Shown in pieces: positions 57,805 through 64,000 of a DNA stretch of 64,000 nucleotides. Where the stretch lies: positions 9,947-73,946 of the forward strand of contig CAMYKD010000033.1 in assembly GCA_947258885.1 (NCBI GenBank). Reading direction: 5' to 3'. Source of the stretch: an uncultured Kiloniellales bacterium. Its GTDB lineage: Bacteria > Pseudomonadota > Alphaproteobacteria > Kiloniellales > JAKSDN01. Within the stretch, counting starts at the first letter, position 1. Each line of letters starts with the position of its first letter. The notes beneath the pieces are model-generated. The model was given only the letters and a program-made list of their open reading frames with translations, had not been told where the DNA came from and ran no database searches. The translations under genes and the position numbers were made by a program.

Positions 57805-58635
57805 TCAGCGAGTCTGCGGCGCGGCCTGCGCCGCCGGCGCGCGGGTGGCGGCGCGCAGCATGGCCAGGACCATGACGGTGGCGCCGGCGGCCAGCAGGTG
57901 CTTGAGCGTATGGCCGCTGACCAGGCCGCCGAGGGCGCCGAAGATCTCGCGGTCGAAGACCTCGCAAAGCCGGGCCGCCGTGTACCACAGGAACATGGCG
58001 AGCACGTAGCCCCCGCGCGTGTGGCGACCGGGGAAGAGCAGGCAGATCAGGGGAATGGCGAGGAGCGGCAGGGCCTGGACCAGGATGTAGCCGCGCAGGT
58101 CCCCCTGGCCGGCGGTCTCGCTGAAGTGCCAGTGTAGGACCCCGACGCTGCCGAGCACCAGCAGCAGGGGCAGCACGACGAAGGCGCCGATCCGGCCGTG
58201 AATCCGGTCCGTGACGAAGGCAGCCGTGAGCGCCATGAGCGGCGCCGTCAGCGCCAGGCGGTCCCAGACCAGGGTCCCGTTGGACGGCCCCAGGTGATAC
58301 CAAGCCGAGCCGGCGGCGGTGAGCAAGAGTCCGGCGAAGAACGCCAGATAGGGCAGGCGCTGGGGCAGCTCCGCGAGCAGCGCGCGCCCCCGGCGGCCCG
58401 ACACGAAGGCCAGCCCCAAGGCGCCGACGACCAGGAACGCGGCGTTCGAGACCACGTCGGCGAGGTTCGGAATGCCGAGGACCGCGCGCCGGTCGGCGAA
58501 GGCGTGATAGGCCGGATCCTGCGCGAAGGGCGGCACCCAGAGCGCGGCCCCGGCCGCCGCGAGTGCGACGGCGAGCACGATCCCGACCCGGGCCCTGAAT
58601 GTCAGACGGGCGCTCCTGACTGCACGTCGCGGCAC
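57805..58635 (-). CDS. alkaline-ceramidase-like polytopic membrane protein
   Basis: 7 TM helices; NLADVVSN, SAWYH, WDRL, GHTLKH His-containing motifs. GTG 58635 chosen because the sequence up to the TTG at 58734 has poor GC3. Confidence 0.45.
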   Translation of the reverse strand: MPRRAVRSARLTFRARVGIVLAVALAAAGAALWVPPFAQDPAYHAFADRRAVLGIPNLADVVSNAAFLVVGALGLAFVSGRRGRALLAELPQRLPYLAFFAGLLLTAAGSAWYHLGPSNGTLVWDRLALTAPLMALTAAFVTDRIHGRIGAFVVLPLLLVLGSVGVLHWHFSETAGQGDLRGYILVQALPLLAIPLICLLFPGRHTRGGYVLAMFLWYTAARLCEVFDREIFGALGGLVSGHTLKHLLAAGATVMVLAMLRAATRAPAAQAAPQTR

Positions 58636-58740
58636 CTCCGAGTTCCTCGTTTCCTGCGTCCCAGGCGTCGAGTTCCGGCAGAAGAACTCTACGGTCCTTG
58701 CCGGAGTCTTCACAACAAGGACACCAAGGCACAAACGATT

Positions 58741-59442
58741 TCAATACAGCCTTTGTACCGTCGTGGTGACTCCGTTGTCCTTCCCGGCCGGGCGCCGGGC
58801 GATCTGGCCCGGGGCCGCCGGGGGGGTCGCGCCGGGCCGGGCGGTCGGCTTGGCGGCGAGCCGGGCGCGGTCGGCTTGGCGGCGGGCCTCGCGCCAGGCG
58901 CGGAACACCTTGAGGCGATAGGGGCCGCTCAGGCGCGGCGTCTTCGAGTGATAGCGGCCGATCGCCGTGGTCCAGGCGCCGGTCTCGGCGCGCAGGCGGG
59001 CGAGGTAGCCGGCGGCATAGGCGGCGTTCCGCGCCGGGTCGAAGGCGTCCTCCAGGCTGGCGAAGGCCTCGGGGTGGTAGCGCAGGTTGACCTGAAGGCA
59101 GCCGACGTCGATGTTCCTGAGCCCGCGGGCCCGCAGCGCCCGCACCTCGGCCAGCGCCGCCGCGCGGTTCGGCATATAGCGCCCCCGGCCCTCGGCGGTG
59201 ACGGTCCAGGGCCAGGCAATAACTGCCCCCTCGGCCGCGTTCCAGCGGCCCGACTCGACCTTGGCGATGGCGCCCAGCAGGTGGCGCGGCAGGTCGCTTT
59301 GCCTGGCCGCGGCGGCGGCTTCCGCCGCGCAGAGCGCCCAGGGATCCGCGACCCCGGCCCGCACGTCCCCCGGGGCCGCGGCCAGCAGGCCGAGGCCGAG
59401 GGCGAGGCAGGCGATCGTGCGGCGGGCGATGGGCAGGGACAT
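58741..59442 (-). CDS. lytic transglycosylase domain protein (SLT-like) with a signal peptide
   Basis: LLGAIAKVESG (catalytic Glu), GCLQVN, YAAGYL. Confidence 0.75.
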   Translation of the reverse strand: MSLPIARRTIACLALGLGLLAAAPGDVRAGVADPWALCAAEAAAAARQSDLPRHLLGAIAKVESGRWNAAEGAVIAWPWTVTAEGRGRYMPNRAAALAEVRALRARGLRNIDVGCLQVNLRYHPEAFASLEDAFDPARNAAYAAGYLARLRAETGAWTTAIGRYHSKTPRLSGPYRLKVFRAWREARRQADRARLAAKPTARPGATPPAAPGQIARRPAGKDNGVTTTVQRLY

Positions 59443-59487
59443 GAGAAGAGCCTCCTGCCCCTCCGGAACGCAAGCTCCGTGCCAAAG

Positions 59488-60054
59488 TCAGCTGGCGCTG
59501 TCCGGCCCTGGCAAGGTGGCGTCGCCCTCGCCCAGGGCGCGCTGCAGGAGCACGCTGTCGACCCAACGGCCGAACTTGAACCCGACCGAAGGGATCAGGC
59601 CGGCCCGGACGAAGCCGAGCTCTTCGTGCAGCCGGATCGAGGATCGGTTCGTGCTGTCGCCGATCACCGCGACCATGCGCCGGTACCCGAGGGTGGCGCA
59701 GCGCTCGATCGGCGCGCCGAGCAGCAGCCGGCCGAGGCCGCGACGCTCGAAGCCGGGCGCGACGTAGACCGTGTCTTCCAGCGTGAAGCGGTAAGCCGGC
59801 CGCGGCCGGTAGGGCGCGGCCTGGGCGAAGCCGCGGACCTCGCCGTCCAGGTCGGCCACGAGGTAGGGCAGGCCGCGCGCCGTCACCTCCTCGTAGCGCG
59901 CCGTCATGGTTTCGAGGTCGGGCGGCTCGATCTCGAAGGAGGCGAGGCCGTGGCGCACGTGCTCGGCATAGATCGCGTGCACCGCGCCGAGATCGTCCGG
60001 GGTGGCGTCGCGCAGCAGCGGACCCTCGTCCGGCGGCGCGCCCGGCCCGGTCAT
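59488..60054 (-). CDS. GNAT N-acetyltransferase (phosphinothricin/methionine-sulfoximine acetyltransferase-like)
   Basis: YV.PGFERRGLGRLLL (acetyl-CoA binding), S.RLHEELGF...G.K.GRW.D. Confidence 0.75.
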   Translation of the reverse strand: MTGPGAPPDEGPLLRDATPDDLGAVHAIYAEHVRHGLASFEIEPPDLETMTARYEEVTARGLPYLVADLDGEVRGFAQAAPYRPRPAYRFTLEDTVYVAPGFERRGLGRLLLGAPIERCATLGYRRMVAVIGDSTNRSSIRLHEELGFVRAGLIPSVGFKFGRWVDSVLLQRALGEGDATLPGPDSAS

Positions 60055-60938
60055 TGTACGCCGAGCAACGTCCCGTCGATGCCGCCGAGGGCGGCGATCA
60101 CGCCGTGCATCTCCTCGGCCAGCCGGGGCAGATAGGTGCCGCGCCGGATCCGGCCCTCGTCCATGTAGAGCGCCCGGTTGATCTCGATCTGCAGGGCGTG
60201 GACCGCTTGGGCCGGCCGGCCGTAGTGACGGGTCACGAAGCCGCCGGAATAGGGCGCGTTGCGGGCCACGTTATAGCCGAGCCGCGCGAGCTCGGCCGCG
60301 GCGGTCTCCATCACCACCGCCCCGCAGGCCGTGCCGTGGCAGTCGCCCAGCACGAAATCGACCCTGGCCGCGCCGGGGTCCCGGTCCGCCGGCCCGCCGA
60401 CAGACGGCATGGAGTGGCAGTCGATCAGGACGCAATAGCCGAACGTCGCCCGGGTGGCCTCGACCAAGTCGCGCAGCGCCTCGTGATAGGGCCAATAGTA
60501 GTTGCGGATCCGCTCCAGGGCCTCGCCGACCGCGAGCTTCCGGCGGTAAATGTCGGCGCCGTTGGCGACCACACGCGCGATCGTGCCGAGCCCGGCGGCG
60601 ACCCGGGGCGAGCGGGTGTTGGCGTAGCTCGGCAGGTCGTCCTCGAACATGGCCGGGTCGAGCTCGAAGGGCTCGCGGTTGGGATCGACGAAGGCCCGCG
60701 GGAAGAGCGCCCGGATCAGCGGCGCGCCCAGGCCGGGCGCCGCCTGGAAGATCTCGTCCACGAAGCTGTCCTCCGAGCGCCGCAGGGCCAGCCGATCGAG
60801 CCTGGAGGCGGCGAGGAATTCCCCCGGGTAGCGGTTGCCGCTGTGCGGCGAGGCGAAGACCATCGGCAGGGTCTGGCGCGCCGGCGCCACCACTTCGTGC
60901 GGGGCCTCGATCCCGGCGACCGGAGAGTCTGCGTCCAT
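60051..60938 (-). CDS. N-formylglutamate amidohydrolase family protein
   Basis: ASPHSG, EDSFVDE, LIDCHSMPS, N.PY.GG. ATGA overlap with the GNAT gene. Confidence 0.8.
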   Translation of the reverse strand: MDADSPVAGIEAPHEVVAPARQTLPMVFASPHSGNRYPGEFLAASRLDRLALRRSEDSFVDEIFQAAPGLGAPLIRALFPRAFVDPNREPFELDPAMFEDDLPSYANTRSPRVAAGLGTIARVVANGADIYRRKLAVGEALERIRNYYWPYHEALRDLVEATRATFGYCVLIDCHSMPSVGGPADRDPGAARVDFVLGDCHGTACGAVVMETAAAELARLGYNVARNAPYSGGFVTRHYGRPAQAVHALQIEINRALYMDEGRIRRGTYLPRLAEEMHGVIAALGGIDGTLLGVQ

Positions 60939-61130
60939 GGGTCTTTGTTCCTTGCCGTGCCTCCCACGTGTTTACGGGAAAGCGCCGCGCCTGTCATGGG
61001 ACTTTCTTGGCCCCGGCCATACTACAAGATCGTTAATCACTATTTCAGACCGGGCCGCTTAGGGTATAGTCCTCCTCCGAGGCCGCCGGACATGGCCGCC
61101 CGATCGGCCGCCGCGAGAGTGAAGGGCAAG

Positions 61131-61493
61131 ATGGCGCAAATTCTGCTCGCCGAAGACGACGACTCCATGCGCGACTTCCTCGCCAAGGCGCTGACCCGCG
61201 CCGGGCACGACGTGCGCGCGGTGGGCGATGGCCTCGACGCGCTCACCACCCTGGCCGAGGAGCGGGTCGACATCCTGCTGGCCGACGTGGTCATGCCTGG
61301 GCTCGACGGCATCGAGCTGGCGCGCCGCGCCGCCAAGGAGCAGCCCGGCATCAAGGTCATGTTCATCACCGGCTTCGCCGCGGTCGCGCTGAAGGCCCGC
61401 GAGGAGACCTCGCGCGGCGCAAGGGTGCTGTCCAAGCCCTTCCACCTACGCGAGCTGGTGAGCCAGATCGACGTCATGCTGAGCGCCCGCTAG
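61131..61493 (+). CDS. cpdR: single-domain response regulator, CpdR-like
   Basis: MAQILLAEDDDSMRDFL, LLADVVMPGLDG, FITG, LSKPF. No output domain. Confidence 0.75.
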   Translation: MAQILLAEDDDSMRDFLAKALTRAGHDVRAVGDGLDALTTLAEERVDILLADVVMPGLDGIELARRAAKEQPGIKVMFITGFAAVALKAREETSRGARVLSKPFHLRELVSQIDVMLSAR

Positions 61494-61626
61494 CGGGCGC
61501 GAATCGGGACAGCTCCCCAAGTCTTGCCAAAACCCCGGGGATGATGTTATCTCGCCCCGCCTGCTGGCGGTCCGCCTTGCAGCGGCGCCGGGCAGGCCGG
61601 ACCAAGCACCGCCGGTTCCGGCGGAA

Positions 61627-61701
61627 GGGCGCGTAGCTCAGCGGGAGAGCACTACGTTGACATCGTAGGGGTCGCTGGTTCAATCCCAGCCGCGCCCACC
61701 A
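61627..61701 (+). tRNA. tRNA-Val (anticodon GAC), CCA encoded
   Basis: Cloverleaf read by hand. Acceptor GGGCGCG/CGCGCCC; D arm GCTC-AGCGGGA-GAGC; anticodon arm CTACG-TTGACAT-CGTAG; T arm GCTGG-TTCAATC-CCAGC; ACCA end. Confidence 0.9.
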
Positions 61702-61780
61702 TTTTTCCCCAGGGATCGGCAGGTCCCGGGCCCGTCTCGGGCCTCGACGGGGGCTCCGGCCGCGCATATCCTGCCTCGGC

Positions 61781-61825
61781 ATGGTTAACGGACGTTAACA
61801 TCTCGTTTACCTTGTCCATTTACCA
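61781..61825. promoter_or_regulatory. array of short direct repeats (ATGGTTAAC, GTTAAC-N4-GTTAAC, TTTACC-N7-TTTACC) upstream of the 61831 gene
   Basis: ATGGTTAACGGACGTTAACATCTCGTTTACCTTGTCCATTTACC. Confidence 0.3.
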
Positions 61826-61830
61826 AGGGC

Positions 61831-62829
61831 TTGGCGGCATTCATCCCATCGTGGCCGCGAGAGAGGACCGGATTGTCTAAGGCAAGGGGCGCATCGGTGC
61901 TTGCGACGACGGGCGTGGCCGAGGCCGGCCTTTCCCAGCGCGAGCGCCTCTTGGCGCGGCTGCGGGACTCGGGGGTACCGATGCACCGGAGAGCGCCGGA
62001 GGCGCAGCTGGTCGCGCTCCGGCCGGAGCCCGAGCGGCCCCCCGAGCGACCTGCGGACAAGGCACCGAAGCTCCGTTGGGACAAGACGCGACTTGACGCG
62101 ATCCAGAAAGTCTGGGGCAAGGGCTTTATCGCCCCCGGTGGCAAGAAGACCATACTCGAGCTGGTCGAGCCGCTCGGCCTGAAGCGCGGGATGCGCGTGC
62201 TCGACCTCGGCGCAGGCCTGGGCGGCCCGGCGCGCGTCCTGGCCAAGCGGTACGGCGCCCGGGTGACCGGCCTGGAGGCGGACCGCCGCCTCGCCGAAGC
62301 GGGCAGGGCGCTGTCCTCCCGGGCCGTCCTGCCGAGCAAGGCGTCGATTCATTCCCTGGCGCAGAGGCACGAGGTGCTGGCGCCGGGCGCCTTCGACCGG
62401 ATCTTCTCGAAGGATGTCCTCTTCACCGTTCGGGACAAGGCGCGGCTCCTGGCCGTGGCCGAGGCCCTACTCGCCGACAGTGGCCGGATGCTGTTCGTCG
62501 ACTACGTCGTGGCGGCGGACGGCCGGCAGGCACCGGCGGTCGAGGCCTGGATGGCCGCCGATCCGGCCCGGCCCGCGCCCTGGTCGGTCGAGGAGTATAT
62601 CGAGGCGCTCACCGGGCTCGGACTGAGCCTTCGTATCGACGACATCACTTGGGAAACCCGGAGGGCGATCAACGGGGCCTGGACCGGCTTTCTGGCCAGA
62701 CGCCGCCGGCCGTCCCTGGACCGCAGGGCCGCGCAGATGCTGCTCGACGAGGCCAGGCTCTGGAGCCGGCGGGCCAAGCTGCTCAAGACCGGTGAGTTGC
62801 GCGCCTGCAGGATCCTCGCCGAGCGCTAG
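61831..62829 (+). CDS. class I SAM-dependent methyltransferase with an N-terminal extension; start uncertain
   Basis: VLDLGAGLGGPA, DRIFSKDVL. Candidate starts are TTG 61831, TTG 61873, GTG 61897/61915 and ATG 61981. Confidence 0.6.
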   Translation: MAAFIPSWPRERTGLSKARGASVLATTGVAEAGLSQRERLLARLRDSGVPMHRRAPEAQLVALRPEPERPPERPADKAPKLRWDKTRLDAIQKVWGKGFIAPGGKKTILELVEPLGLKRGMRVLDLGAGLGGPARVLAKRYGARVTGLEADRRLAEAGRALSSRAVLPSKASIHSLAQRHEVLAPGAFDRIFSKDVLFTVRDKARLLAVAEALLADSGRMLFVDYVVAADGRQAPAVEAWMAADPARPAPWSVEEYIEALTGLGLSLRIDDITWETRRAINGAWTGFLARRRRPSLDRRAAQMLLDEARLWSRRAKLLKTGELRACRILAER

Positions 62830-63038
62830 TGTGGGGCGGGACCGCCGCTGGGGCATATCCAGGCGGTTTACGCCCGGACGCGGATTTGGCAAGGTCGCGC
62901 GATCTTCCGTTCGGCCGGGCTCTTCGCGGGAGCCGGGGTGCGGACGATCCGAAACCCACCTGGAGGGAAACCCGCCTGTTGCCCGGAACAGAGCCTGCGG
63001 AACCGACGCCGAGGAACAGGCGTCGCGCCCCGGACAGC

Positions 63039-64000
63039 ATGCCGGCGCGCCGGCTGGCGTCGTTTCTGGCCGTCTGCCTGGCCGCGTTCCTGGCCGCCTG
63101 CACGGCCGGCCGCATGCCGCCCGGGCCGGGCCCAACGGAACCGCGCCTGACCGACGACCGCCTGATCGCGCCCGACGGCATGGAGCTGGCCCTGCGCAGC
63201 TGGCTGCCCGAGGGGGAGCCGAAGGCGGTGCTGCTCGCCCTGCATGGCTTCAACGACTACTCGCGGGCCTTCAAGGCGCCGGGCGAATGGTGGGCGGCGC
63301 GCGGTATCGCCACCTATGCCTACGACCAGCGGGGCTTCGGCGAGGCGCCCTACCGCGGCCTCTGGGCGGGCAGCGAGACGCTGGTGGACGACCTGAGGAC
63401 CGCGGCCCGCCTGCTACGCGCCCGCTACCCCGGGACGCCGCTCTATCTCGTCGGCGACAGCATGGGTGGGGCCGTTGTTCTGGTCGCGATGACCGGGGCG
63501 GACCCGCCGGAGACAGACGGGACGATCCTCGTGGCGCCGGCCGTCTGGGCACGCTCTCAGATGCCGTTCTACATGCGCGCCGCGCTGTGGATTGGCGCGC
63601 GCCTGGTGCCCTGGGCGGAGGTCTCGGGCAGTGGGCTCGAGATTCAGGCCTCGGACAACATCGAGCGGCTGCGCGAGATGGGCCGCGACCCGCTGTTCAT
63701 CAAGGACACGCGGATCGGGACCTTGGAAGGCTTGACCGACCTGATGGGCGATGCGCTGGACGGAGGCGAGCGTCTGCATGCACCCGCCCTTCTGCTCTAT
63801 GGCGAGAAGGACGAGATCATTCCGCGCAAGCCCACCCTGGCGCTTTGGCGCCGCCTGCCCAACGGAGCCGGCGCGCAGCAGCGCCCGGCGCTCTATGCGG
63901 ACGGCTGGCACATGCTGCTGCAGGACCTGGGCGCCGCGCGGGTGCTGGCCGACATCGCCGCCTGGATCGACCATCCGCGGCGCCCGCTGCCCTCGGGCGC
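63039..64000 (+). CDS. alpha/beta-hydrolase lipoprotein (lysophospholipase/monoacylglycerol-lipase-like); 3' end outside the window
   Basis: Not in the ORF track because there is no stop inside the window. MPARRLASFLAVCLAAFLAAC lipobox, LHGFNDY, nucleophile elbow GDSMGG, GEKDEI, DGWHML. Confidence 0.75.
   Translation, partial: MPARRLASFLAVCLAAFLAACTAGRMPPGPGPTEPRLTDDRLIAPDGMELALRSWLPEGEPKAVLLALHGFNDYSRAFKAPGEWWAARGIATYAYDQRGFGEAPYRGLWAGSETLVDDLRTAARLLRARYPGTPLYLVGDSMGGAVVLVAMTGADPPETDGTILVAPAVWARSQMPFYMRAALWIGARLVPWAEVSGSGLEIQASDNIERLREMGRDPLFIKDTRIGTLEGLTDLMGDALDGGERLHAPALLLYGEKDEIIPRKPTLALWRRLPNGAGAQQRPALYADGWHMLLQDLGAARVLADIAAWIDHPRRPLPSG

Noticed and set aside
57671-59566. 631-aa ORF 57671..59566-
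   Set aside because: Arg/Pro/Gly-rich translation that overlaps, in another frame, the ceramidase-like and lytic transglycosylase genes, which have real motifs.
61627-62900. tRNA-Val as an integration site for a genomic island
   Set aside because: I found no direct repeat of the tRNA 3' end downstream, no integrase gene, and the neighbouring genes have normal GC content.

Overview
Functions below come from motif and family recognition by eye, with no database search or folding run. Start codons are the least certain coordinates.

The window is a high-GC chromosomal segment, roughly two-thirds G+C by eye. It looks alphaproteobacterial: a MucR/Ros regulator, a CpdR-like single-domain response regulator, CtrA-type TTAACCAT / TTAA-N7-TTAA boxes, and CpaA/TadG pilus parts. 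I support about 65 protein genes and one tRNA-Val(GAC). There is no rRNA and no CRISPR array. Many long ORFs in the track are antisense or alternate-frame shadows of real genes, typical of high-GC DNA, and are not called.

Layout:
- 1-5032: acyl-CoA / carnitine-like catabolic operon.
- 5040-11526: divergent glycosylation locus (GT2, methyltransferase, two tandem GT87/DUF2029 paralogs, and an STT3/AglB-like GT-C protein).
- 11814-16305: REC-PAS kinase-like protein lacking the H-box histidine, a BTAD/TPR regulator and the CpaA prepilin peptidase.
- 16816-20825: a family of membrane proteins with bacterial-PH-like topology, including a decaying four-unit tandem array.
- 21045-23774: HD hydrolase, a glutamine amidotransferase apparently frameshifted by a 5-bp duplication, a HAD hydrolase and a small Zn-ribbon protein.
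- 23949-26015: vapBC flanked by a duplicated dusA 5' end, next to intact dusA.
- 26023-29497: DUF3179 protein, a flippase-like protein and WaaA.
- 29821-33891: potDBCA-type ABC transporter.
- 34067-36930: lipoprotein plus an OmpR/HK two-component pair, followed by an orphan perfect terminator.
- 37399-41532: DgcN/DgcA-like D-amino-acid genes plus ThrC-like and DehI-like genes.
- 41580-45906: MucR, a low-GC ORF, an aminotransferase, a racemase-like protein and a cupin.
- 45951-48867: about 190-bp direct repeats bracketing an IS110/IS1111 transposase remnant and an orphan TadG-like vWA gene.
- 48884-51117: YcaQ/AlkZ-like operon.
- 51116-51339: a TA-flanked MITE-like inverted repeat.
- 51460-54799: acyl-CoA dehydrogenase, CoA-transferase and hydratase.
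- 54894-64000: assorted envelope and housekeeping genes, CpdR-like regulator and tRNA-Val.
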